A stretch of DNA of 64,000 bases, from NCBI GenBank assembly GCA_026709025.1, contig JAPOTT010000010.1, positions 20,658 to 84,657 on the forward strand, given 5' to 3'. Made by a program: the position numbers and the translations under genes. The stretch comes from a bacterium. Its GTDB lineage: Bacteria; Actinomycetota; Acidimicrobiia; Acidimicrobiales; Bin134. Each line of letters starts with the position of its first letter. The stretch's first letter is position 1. The notes below the pieces were generated by a model. It was not told the DNA's origin. It did not search any database and saw only the letters and a list, made by a program, of their open reading frames with translations. Shown piece after piece: positions 54,947 to 62,932 of this stretch.

Positions 54947-57673
54947 GTGCCGGGAGGATATTTGGCAGGCAAAAATTTGGATGTGGTGGGCATCGGCAAC
55001 GCCATAGTAGATGTAATCAGCACCGAGCCTCACGGCTTTATTGCAGATCACCATTTGGTGAAAGGGGCCATGACGCTGATTGACGGTGATCGGGCCCGCC
55101 ACCTCTATGAGGTGATGTCGCCCGCTATCGAAACCTCAGGGGGCTCGGCTGCCAACACCATGGCTGGGGTGGCAGCGTTTGGTGGTGCTGCGGGGTATAT
55201 CGGCAAGGTGCGAGACGATCAGTTTGGCGAGGTTTTTTGCCATGATATGCGGGCTTTGGGAGTACGATTTGAGGTGCCAGCTGCGGTAGACGGCCCTCCA
55301 ACGGCTCGCTGCCTCATCATCGTCACGCCTGATGCCGCCCGCACGATGAACACCTATCTGGGCGCTAGCATCGAGCTTCATCCCGATGATATCGATCCCA
55401 CCCTAGTAGGCGCAGCGAAGGTGCTGTACTGCGAGGGTTACATCTGGGATGTGGAGATCACCAAAGAGGCTATTCGCAAGGCCATCAGAATATGTTCGGC
55501 ACAAGGGGGTGCGATTTCTTTCACCCTCTCAGACAGCTTTTGTGTGCAGCGACATCACGCCGAGTGGTTGGAGTTGGTGGATGGGCCGATTGACTTGCTG
55601 TTTGGCAATGAACAGGAAATATGTGCGCTGTACGACACCGGCGATGATTTTGCAGCGGCTGTGGCCGCAGTGCAGGGACGTTGTGCGGTTGCTGCGCTCA
55701 CACGAGGTGCTGCTGGCTCGGTGATTGTTACCCCTGATGAGGTGATTGAGGTGCCTCCCGCACCGCTAGCTGAGGTTGTGGATACCACAGGAGCGGGCGA
55801 CCTGTACGCATCGGGGTTCTTGTGCGGCTACACCCGTGGGATGGAACTAGCACAGTGCGGTTGGCTGGGTTCGCTAGCTGCATCTGAGGTGATTAGCAGT
55901 TTTGGGGCTCGCCCATCTGGGTCGCTGGCCCACTTGTTGCAAAACTTCAGCAGAATCCCAGCATCCATAGCAGCAGGTACCACAGTAGGTACTACAGCAG
56001 CCACCGAACCAATCGCGTGGCAGGCCCCTAGCGTGGAGGAATGGTTAGCTGCCGATCCCGACCCAGAGACCCGCGCTGAACTAGAGGGTTTGATTGCCGC
56101 CAACGATCAGGTTGGTATTCAAGATCGCTTTGGAGATCGCCTGCGTTTTGGCACAGCTGGTATTCGCGGGCCGATGGGGGCTGGGCCTAACCGCATGAAC
56201 CGCGTGGTGGTGCGTCAGTTTGCCAACGCTTTGGTGCAACAGCTTACCCCTTCGGCCAAGGTTGTGGTGGCCCATGATGCGCGCCACAACTCCGATGTGT
56301 TTGCCAACGATGTGGCCGAGGTTCTGGCAGCCGTAGGTTGTCGCCCGATACTGCTCACTCCCAACACACCCACCCCCGTGTTGGCGTTTGCTGTAAGGTA
56401 CCTGAAGGCAGAAGCTGGGGTGATGATCACTGCAAGCCACAACCCGGTGGGCGATAACGGCTTGAAGCTGTATCTCAAAGACGGCGCTCAGGTGATCCCG
56501 CCCCACGATGCAGCTATAGAGGCGCAGATGGCTACCCTGGGTTTGTTGCCTAGAGATTTGGTATGGAGTGCGCCCAACCCCGGCTGGCCTATGCATCTGC
56601 ACAAGCAGGGCGATAAGGGTGCCATGCTGGAGATGCAGTATCTGACTGACATCTTGGCCGATGTGCCCCGCTTGCCTGGTTATATGCCGGTGGCTTACAC
56701 GCCCCTGCAAGGGGTTGGAGGCAGGTTTGTTAGTTGGGCTCTGGAGATGTTGGAGAACGGCAAGCCTTTCGTAGTGAAAGATGAAGTCGACCCCGATCCT
56801 GCGTTTAGCAACGTGGTGTCTCCCAATCCTGAGGATCACAGCACCTTAGAAAAGGTGATAGCCGAAGCCACGCGGATCGATACCTGGCTGGCTATTGCCA
56901 ACGACCCCGATGCCGACCGCATGGCTGCAGCAGTTTGGGCTTATGAGAATGAGTGGCGGGTGCTAAGTGGCGACGAGATCGGTGCGTTGTTGTGCGACTG
57001 GGTGTTGGGTTTGCCAACCGTTAGAAACCACGGTGCAGAGCGTGTGGTGGCTAGCAGCATCGTGTCTGGCAGGCTTGTGGGACGCATCGCTGAGGCCCGA
57101 GGTGCTACCCATGTTGAGACGCTCACCGGGTTCAAGTGGATTTCTAGGGCAACAGATAGGCTGCCCCCACGAGGCGCAGATGAGCTGCCGTGGCGGTTTG
57201 TGTTTGGTTATGAGGAGGCGCTGGGCTTTGCCTGCAACGACCGGATACGAGACAAAGACGGCATTAGTGCGGCGGTGCATTTCACCATGATGTGTCGTTC
57301 GTTGCGCCGTGAAGGGCTTACTCCCATAGATCGCTTAGCTGAGTTGAACTCCGAGTTTGGCTTGCATCGCACAGCGCAGGTAACCCAAGAGCTGCAAGGC
57401 CGCAGTGGTGTCGATGCTATGGCTGCTATTCGGAGCAGGTTGCCACAGCAGGTTGGAGGCATTGAGGTGACACAGATAACCGATTTTGCCCCCGGTGCGT
57501 TGGGTTTGCCCCCTGCTGATGTGTTGCGATTGGACTTGGCCGATGGGAGCCGCGTGTCGTTGCGCCCTAGTGGAACAGAGCCCTTGATTAAGGCTTACAT
57601 AGAGGTGGTAGGCCCTTTAGAGTTCCCCGATCCCTTAGGTGCATTAACGCAGGTCGCTAGGGATTTGCTCTAG
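54947..57673 (+). CDS. fusion protein: PfkB-family (adenosine/ribokinase-like) kinase joined to an alpha-D-phosphohexomutase-superfamily phospho-sugar mutase
   Basis: N-terminal half: 'VVGIGNAIVDV', 'GGSAANT' and 'DTTGAGDLYASGF' (PfkB). C-terminal half, from about nt 56020: 'FGTAGIRG', 'ITASHNPVGDNGLKLY' (phosphoserine loop), 'ANDPDADR' and 'GYEEALG'. The reading frame is uninterrupted for 908 aa. Confidence 0.8.
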   Translation: MPGGYLAGKNLDVVGIGNAIVDVISTEPHGFIADHHLVKGAMTLIDGDRARHLYEVMSPAIETSGGSAANTMAGVAAFGGAAGYIGKVRDDQFGEVFCHDMRALGVRFEVPAAVDGPPTARCLIIVTPDAARTMNTYLGASIELHPDDIDPTLVGAAKVLYCEGYIWDVEITKEAIRKAIRICSAQGGAISFTLSDSFCVQRHHAEWLELVDGPIDLLFGNEQEICALYDTGDDFAAAVAAVQGRCAVAALTRGAAGSVIVTPDEVIEVPPAPLAEVVDTTGAGDLYASGFLCGYTRGMELAQCGWLGSLAASEVISSFGARPSGSLAHLLQNFSRIPASIAAGTTVGTTAATEPIAWQAPSVEEWLAADPDPETRAELEGLIAANDQVGIQDRFGDRLRFGTAGIRGPMGAGPNRMNRVVVRQFANALVQQLTPSAKVVVAHDARHNSDVFANDVAEVLAAVGCRPILLTPNTPTPVLAFAVRYLKAEAGVMITASHNPVGDNGLKLYLKDGAQVIPPHDAAIEAQMATLGLLPRDLVWSAPNPGWPMHLHKQGDKGAMLEMQYLTDILADVPRLPGYMPVAYTPLQGVGGRFVSWALEMLENGKPFVVKDEVDPDPAFSNVVSPNPEDHSTLEKVIAEATRIDTWLAIANDPDADRMAAAVWAYENEWRVLSGDEIGALLCDWVLGLPTVRNHGAERVVASSIVSGRLVGRIAEARGATHVETLTGFKWISRATDRLPPRGADELPWRFVFGYEEALGFACNDRIRDKDGISAAVHFTMMCRSLRREGLTPIDRLAELNSEFGLHRTAQVTQELQGRSGVDAMAAIRSRLPQQVGGIEVTQITDFAPGALGLPPADVLRLDLADGSRVSLRPSGTEPLIKAYIEVVGPLEFPDPLGALTQVARDLL

Positions 57674-57752
57674 GCAGGATTTGTGCTAGGTAGCCGGGGC
57701 TTTGGGTTACAAGGGTTCCGCGAGTCGCCCTGAGTTTAGGTAGTTTGGGGTC

Positions 57753-58340
57753 TTAGCTGCTAGCTAAGTTTTGGGCTGCGAAGTCCCAGTTGATGAGGTG
57801 GTCTAAGAACGCTTCTACATAAGCAGGACGAGCGTTTTGGTAGTCCAAGTAGTAGGCGTGTTCCCAAACGTCGGCAACCAACAAAGGCGTTTGGCCGTGC
57901 AGCAGGGGCAGGTCGGCATTGGAGGTTTGTGTTATCTCCAAACCGCCGTTGCTGTTAGCCACCAGCCATGCCCAGCCTGAGCCAAAAAGGGTGGTAGCTG
58001 CTGTAGCAAACTTGCTGCGGAACTCATCATAAGAGCCAAAAGCAGCGTCGATAGCTGCGGCAATGGCACCCGAGGGGGTGCCGCCCCCGTCGGGGCTCAT
58101 AGAGTTCCAGTAAAAGGTGTGGTTCCATATTTGCGCGGCATTGTTGAAGATAGGCCCGCTAGCACCGGTTACCACCTGTTCAAGGTCAGCGGTTTCCCAC
58201 TCGGTGCTTTCAGCTAGGCGGTTCAGGTTTGCGACGTAGCCAGCATGGTGACGGTCATAATGAAAGCTCAAGGTGTTAGCGCTGATGTGGGGCTCCAGAG
58301 CACTTTGGCTGTACGGAAGGGGTGGTAGTTCAAAAGTCAT
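57753..58340 (-). CDS. sodB: Fe-type superoxide dismutase
   Basis: 'FELPPLPY', 'FNNAAQIWNHTFYW' (as in E. coli SodB) and 'DVWEHAYYLDYQNARP'. Confidence 0.88.
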   Translation of the reverse strand: MTFELPPLPYSQSALEPHISANTLSFHYDRHHAGYVANLNRLAESTEWETADLEQVVTGASGPIFNNAAQIWNHTFYWNSMSPDGGGTPSGAIAAAIDAAFGSYDEFRSKFATAATTLFGSGWAWLVANSNGGLEITQTSNADLPLLHGQTPLLVADVWEHAYYLDYQNARPAYVEAFLDHLINWDFAAQNLASS

Positions 58341-58474
58341 AGCGCAGCAAAGGCTACCAGCTTCGCACCCTCATCAATAACCCAACAGTAGTTGGAACCG
58401 GGGGGGTGTTGGTTATAGGGCGGGTCAAAGCACGCAAGATCGAAGTCGTCTATGTCTGAGATTAGCTTGTGGGG

Positions 58475-58888
58475 TTAGTCTAGGCCGGCTGCGCGGAAGG
58501 CTCGGCTTAGCATTGGAGTGGCATCTGTGGTTTCGGAGGTATCTTCGGGTTGGATGGCCGGTTTCGTTGGTGCTGCTATCTCATGGTTAGGAAACTCTAG
58601 AGGGTGCAGCTCTGCGGTGGGTTCAGCGTCAAACTCAGGCTCATCAGCGTCAAACTCAGGCTCATCAGCGTCAAACTCAGGCTCAAACGCGGGGGTGCGA
58701 AGGTCTCGTAGTTCCCAGCCCTGAGGTACCACAACGGCATCTGCATGGGCTTTACATAATGGCACTCCACCCACGTCAGAGGTTACATCTAGGTCTACAA
58801 GCTGTACCGTGAGCTCTCGGGCGTTGATGAACAAAACCGCAGATGCTGTGGCGCTGCATAGAGTACGAGCGCAAAAAATTTGCTGCAC
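58475..58888 (-). CDS. DUF3499 domain protein with an acidic repeat insertion
   Basis: 'CSATASAVLFINARELTVQLVDLD...VPLCKAHADAVVVPQGWELRDLR' matches the actinobacterial DUF3499 pattern. It is followed by (EPEFDAD)x3. Confidence 0.65.
   Translation of the reverse strand: MQQIFCARTLCSATASAVLFINARELTVQLVDLDVTSDVGGVPLCKAHADAVVVPQGWELRDLRTPAFEPEFDADEPEFDADEPEFDAEPTAELHPLEFPNHEIAAPTKPAIQPEDTSETTDATPMLSRAFRAAGLD
58624..58686. repeat. 21-nt tandem repeat x3 (in-frame, encodes EPEFDAD repeats)
   Basis: cagcgtcaaactcaggctcat appears twice exactly, plus a third copy with one substitution. Confidence 0.9.
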
Positions 58889-59162
58889 GGCTAAAAGGTA
58901 GCGCTACTTGGTGAAGATGTAGTGGATGCTCGCGGTTGTACCTGGGCATCTAGCACGCTCAATCACCGATGGAGTTCACCGTTGACAAAACAAACTAGGG
59001 GTTCAGAGTCAGCAATCTGGAAAGTTAATTTTTGTTTTACCTGTGGGCAAGCTGAAGTAATTCTGGCGTTTAATTGGCTGCTTTATAGTAATCACCGGTG
59101 GTTCAATATCCATCAAAACGGCGCATTTGCTATCCCACGTAAGCATTGCGTCTAGCTGAACG

Positions 59163-59204
59163 CCGGCAGGATGCAGATGCAACCCCTCCTCTGCATCCTG
59201 CCGG
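59163..59204. promoter_or_regulatory. perfect 15-bp inverted repeat (12-nt spacer) upstream of the MIP channel gene
   Basis: ccggcaggatgcaga-N12-tctgcatcctgccgg. There is no flanking U-tract on either strand. TGCAGA recurs at about 59232. Confidence 0.5.
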
Positions 59205-59303
59205 AGTTCTCAGCCCTATGTGCATCTAAGGTGCAGATTCTTGGCGGTTCGCAATCCTGGCTTACTGTTTATGTAATGAGTCGGCTAGGTATCGTGCTTT
59301 TGT

Positions 59304-59996
59304 GTGGAGGTTGGGGCGTTGAGTCGGAAAATGTTGGCTGAGGCCGTAGGAACGGCCTTGTTGCTTATAGGCGTGGTTGGCTCTGGCATCATGGCAGAGC
59401 GGCTGTCGCCCGGTGATGAGGGTTTGCAACTCTTGCAGAACGCGGCGGCAACCGCCGGGGTGTTGTTTGCCATCATATTGATGATGAGTCCGGTGTCGGG
59501 CGCGCACTTCAACCCTGTGGTAACTGTGGCCGATTGGGCGCTGGGTGGCTTGCAGGCTCGTAGCGTTGCTCCTTATGTGGCAGCACAGGTGGTTGGAGCT
59601 GTGTTGGGCACCGTGCTGGCCAACCTGATGTTCGATTTGGATGCTGTGGCGTGGTCTAGCAAAGACCGCTCAGCAGGTCATTTGTGGCTAGGCGAGGTGA
59701 TTGCCACCTTTGGGCTGATCACACTAATCTTTGCGCTCGTGCGGGCTGGTCGGGCGCGCTATGTGGCTTCCGCAGTGGCTGCTTATATTGGCGGGGCCTA
59801 CTACTTCACCTCCTCTACGAGTTTTGCCAACCCTGCAGTAACGGTGGGGCGAATGTTCTCCGATACCTTTGCGGGGATTGAACCATCATCTGCACCTATG
59901 TTCATCGTGATGCAGATTGTTGGGCTTGGGGTTGCTCTGCTGCTAATTCGCTACTTGTACCCCAAGAACAAACCAGAAGAGCACTCTGTCTCCTAA
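59304..59996 (+). CDS. MIP/aquaporin family channel
   Basis: 'SGAHFNPVVTV' (first NPA-type box, here NPV) and 'SFANPAVTVGR' (second NPA box), with six hydrophobic segments. The start is uncertain (59304-59331). Confidence 0.85.
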   Translation: MEVGALSRKMLAEAVGTALLLIGVVGSGIMAERLSPGDEGLQLLQNAAATAGVLFAIILMMSPVSGAHFNPVVTVADWALGGLQARSVAPYVAAQVVGAVLGTVLANLMFDLDAVAWSSKDRSAGHLWLGEVIATFGLITLIFALVRAGRARYVASAVAAYIGGAYYFTSSTSFANPAVTVGRMFSDTFAGIEPSSAPMFIVMQIVGLGVALLLIRYLYPKNKPEEHSVS

Positions 59997-60005
59997 CCTG
60001 AGTAG

Positions 60006-60893
60006 ATGGACATAGCGCTTGACGGCCCCGTATTGGGAATAGATATTGGCGGCACCAAGGTGGCAGCAGGTGTGATAGATCTTGCGGGCAAGGTTCTATG
60101 TCGTGGTCAGGTGGCAAGCGACGCACCCGATGCAGAGGCGCTTTTTGGGCGTGTTGTGAAGTTAGCCCGAGATATGTTGGCCCAACACGGCAGGCCTGTG
60201 GTTGGCTGTGGCGTGGGCAGTGGTGGGCCATCTAGACAGAACCACCGCTTGCTCTCTCCGTTGAACATTGCTGTCTGGCGGGATTTCCCCCTACAGGATC
60301 GTCTTAGCGAAGCGCTGCAACTTGAGGTGGCCGTGAACAACGACGCCAAAGCCTTAGCTCTAGCCGAAGGATGGGTAGGCGCAGCCGTAGGTGAAGACAA
60401 CTACCTAGCCATGGTGGTTTCCACTGGCATTGGGGGTGGCATCGTGCTCAACGGGCGGTTGCTAGACGGGGCCGATGGCAATGCTGGACACATTGGCCAT
60501 GTGTTTGTAACAGAGGGCGGGCGGGCTGATGCCGCAGGTGCGGTGGGCTTGTTGGAAGGACAAGCCTCAGGGTCTGCTTTAGCAGACCTGCTAGGCGATG
60601 TTGCTCCAGCCGATGCCCCTGGCGAGGTGCGTCAGCGCGTGGGTACCTTGGTGGGTCGGGGCGTTGGCTCGGTAGCAAACTTGTTGGATTTACGCCTAGC
60701 AGTTGTAGGTGGGTCGGTGGCACTGGGCTACGGGGATGATTTCTTTACCGCAGCTCAAACCGAGATTAACCGTATCTGTCGTCTGCTGCACTCTAGGGGT
60801 ACTCGCATAATCCCCAGCCCGCTAGGCCCAAACGGTGGCATCATAGGCGCTGCCGCAGTATCTGCTTTGTCTAAGTTAGGTGGGTCACGGTGA
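60006..60893 (+). CDS. ROK family sugar kinase (glucokinase-like)
   Basis: 'VLGIDIGGTKVAAGVIDLAGKV', 'NDAKALALAE' and 'GIGGGIVLNGRLLDGADGNAGHIGH'. Confidence 0.82.
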   Translation: MDIALDGPVLGIDIGGTKVAAGVIDLAGKVLCRGQVASDAPDAEALFGRVVKLARDMLAQHGRPVVGCGVGSGGPSRQNHRLLSPLNIAVWRDFPLQDRLSEALQLEVAVNNDAKALALAEGWVGAAVGEDNYLAMVVSTGIGGGIVLNGRLLDGADGNAGHIGHVFVTEGGRADAAGAVGLLEGQASGSALADLLGDVAPADAPGEVRQRVGTLVGRGVGSVANLLDLRLAVVGGSVALGYGDDFFTAAQTEINRICRLLHSRGTRIIPSPLGPNGGIIGAAAVSALSKLGGSR

Positions 60894-61270
60894 TAGTGGT
60901 TGATGCCATGAACGTGATTGGCTGTCGTCCTGATGGCTGGTGGAAGGATCGCGACGGCGCGTTAGTTCAACTTGTTGAAGACATGCAAGATGCTGGTGTG
61001 GCAGCCCTTGTGGTGGCCGACGGTGCTCCAGTGAGGGGGTTTCCTGCGGGAACCTATGGCTCCGTGAGGTTGGCTTATGCCACCCGCCGAGGCCCCAACG
61101 CTGCCGATGACTCTATTGCCAGCCAAGTAGCTGCAATGCAAGACCCAACACGTGCCACGGTTGTAACCTCCGACAAAGACTTAGCCAACAGGGTGAGCCA
61201 GCACGGTGCGGTGGTAATAGGTGCGAGGGCCTTTAGGAATAGCCTAGAAAGTCGCCTCAGCTATTTGTGA
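60890..61270 (+). CDS. NYN/YacP-like domain protein (putative RNase)
   Basis: 'MIVVDAMNVIG...' and 'VVTSDKDLANR' are typical of YacP-like NYN proteins. It overlaps the ROK gene by 4 nt. Confidence 0.6.
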   Translation: MIVVDAMNVIGCRPDGWWKDRDGALVQLVEDMQDAGVAALVVADGAPVRGFPAGTYGSVRLAYATRRGPNAADDSIASQVAAMQDPTRATVVTSDKDLANRVSQHGAVVIGARAFRNSLESRLSYL

Positions 61271-61353
61271 CCTGTTTCACGAACTGCTGCGCCGTCGCGG
61301 TCAGCGGCACCGGCGCAGAGAACTAACATAACCCCATTTCTGTTGGCGGATTT

Positions 61354-61379
61354 TTTTTGAACAAGCTTTTTGAACAAGC
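61354..61379. repeat. 13-nt tandem direct repeat x2 (tttttgaacaagc) in the coxMSL upstream region
   Basis: Read directly. It lies about 180 nt upstream of the coxM start. Confidence 0.8.
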
Positions 61380-61502
61380 TGTCGCAGGTAGCGACTAAGG
61401 TACGGGCTGGCAATCTTGATGAGTTAACAATTAGCTGATTTGTTAGTTGATCTGCCAGCTGATCAGGAGCGCCAACGATGTCAACTTAGGCAGGCAGAGA
61501 GA

Positions 61503-61549
61503 TACCAATCCAAGAAAAGGCAAATCTCAGAAGGTACCAATCCAAGAAA
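61503..61549. repeat. 15-nt direct repeat (taccaatccaagaaa) x2, spaced 32 nt, abutting the coxM ribosome-binding site
   Basis: Copies at 61503-61517 and 61535-61549. The second is followed by GGGGGGA and GTG 61560. Confidence 0.8.
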
Positions 61550-61559
61550 GGGGGGATAG

Positions 61560-62423
61560 GTGTTTCCATCGGAATTCAATTTTGTTGCGGTTAGCAGCGT
61601 GGCTGAGGCTGTGCAGGCCAAGGTGGTCGCAGGGGAAGATGGCAGGTTCCTAGCAGGGGGCCAAAGCCTCATCCCAATGATGAAGCTGCGGGTGGCCGCA
61701 CCCGAAACGTTGATAGACATCAACGGCATCATGGGGCTTAGCGGTATCAGCCGCTCCAACGGCCACCTTAACGTGGGGGCTCTGGTACGCCACGGCGATG
61801 TAGTGGCCTCCGAAGTCACCTTTGGGGCTATTGCTGCGGCGGCCAAATGGGTGGCTGATCCGCTAGTTCGTAACCGGGGCACCATGTGCGGCTCGGTGGC
61901 CCACTGCGATCCAGAGGGAGATTGGAACTCAGTGTTGTTAGCAACGGGTGCCGCTGTGGTGGCTGCTGGGCCTCAAGGCGAGCGTGAGATACCCATCGGC
62001 GATTTCATTGCTGGGGCGTTTACCTCCACCTTGGGCGAGGATGAGTTGGTGGTGGGCCTGCGGATTCCAGTGCCCACAGGCAGATCGGGTGGTGCTTACC
62101 TCAAGCTAGAGCGCAAAATTGGCGATTACGCAACCGTAGCTGTGGCTACACACCTTGAGCTAGATGCTGCGGGCACCATCTCAGCAGCTGGCTTAGCGCT
62201 CACCTCGGTAAACCCCATCAACACCAAGGTGGCCGCTGCGGAAGCCATATTGGTGGGCCAGCAGCCATCGGAGGAGTTGTTTGCTGAGGCTGCCGAGATA
62301 GCAGCAGCTGCCGCGGAACCTAGAGACGATGTGCGCGGCAGTGCCGTATGGAAACGTCAAGTTGTAAGAACTTATACCAAGCGGGGTTTAGCTGCGGCTG
62401 CCTCACAGGCTCAAGGGAGCTAA
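61560..62423 (+). CDS. coxM: CO dehydrogenase-type FAD-binding medium subunit
   Basis: '[21 protein letters not shown]' and '[15 protein letters not shown]'. It is first in an M-S-L gene order. Confidence 0.85.
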   Translation: MFPSEFNFVAVSSVAEAVQAKVVAGEDGRFLAGGQSLIPMMKLRVAAPETLIDINGIMGLSGISRSNGHLNVGALVRHGDVVASEVTFGAIAAAAKWVADPLVRNRGTMCGSVAHCDPEGDWNSVLLATGAAVVAAGPQGEREIPIGDFIAGAFTSTLGEDELVVGLRIPVPTGRSGGAYLKLERKIGDYATVAVATHLELDAAGTISAAGLALTSVNPINTKVAAAEAILVGQQPSEELFAEAAEIAAAAAEPRDDVRGSAVWKRQVVRTYTKRGLAAAASQAQGS

Positions 62424-62425
62424 CA

Positions 62426-62923
62426 ATGGATATCAACGTAACCCTCAACGGGGCCGAACACAGCGCCGATGTGGCTCCCCGCACCCTGCTAGTGGATTAC
62501 ATTCGCCGCACCGCAGGGCTTACAGGCACCCACATTGGTTGCGACACCACAAGCTGTGGTGCTTGCACCGTGTTGTTGGATGGCAAGCCGGTGAAATCCT
62601 GCACGATGTTGGCCGCCCAAGCCCAAGGCGCAGAAGTGACCACCGTGGAGGGCCTAAAAACTGCTGCTGGGCTGCACCCGATACAGTCTGCCTTCACCGA
62701 TGATCACGGCTTGCAATGTGGGTTCTGCACTCCGGGCATGATGCTGGTTGGTGCTGCGCTGATTACCGAAAATCCCAACCCCACCGAAGAAGAGGTGCGC
62801 TGGGCCATTTCTGGCAACCTGTGTCGCTGTACGGGGTACATCAACATCGTCAAAGCCATTCAGACTGCTGCGGCCCGAAGCTCCGCAGCTAGCGAATCTA
62901 CTAGTGAAACTAACGGAAGCTGA
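62426..62923 (+). CDS. coxS: CO dehydrogenase-type (2Fe-2S) small subunit
   Basis: '[22 protein letters not shown]' and '[18 protein letters not shown]'. ATG 62426 is preceded by AAGGGAG; the track start at 62348 is an extension. Confidence 0.9.
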   Translation: MDINVTLNGAEHSADVAPRTLLVDYIRRTAGLTGTHIGCDTTSCGACTVLLDGKPVKSCTMLAAQAQGAEVTTVEGLKTAAGLHPIQSAFTDDHGLQCGFCTPGMMLVGAALITENPNPTEEEVRWAISGNLCRCTGYINIVKAIQTAAARSSAASESTSETNGS

Positions 62924-62932
62924 GGAGTCGAC

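Noticed and set aside
3426-58686. Tandem repeats (3426-3473, 4514-4588, 58624-58686) as CRISPR-like or minisatellite arrays.
   Set aside because: The units are 12-21 nt, contiguous without spacers, and in-frame within CDS. They are coding low-complexity repeats, not CRISPR.
58922-59155. 77-aa ORF in the sodB/DUF3499 to MIP intergenic region.
   Set aside because: The composition is AT-rich and Trp/Cys/Asn-rich, unlike the neighbouring genes, and there is no RBS. It is probably non-coding leader or promoter DNA.
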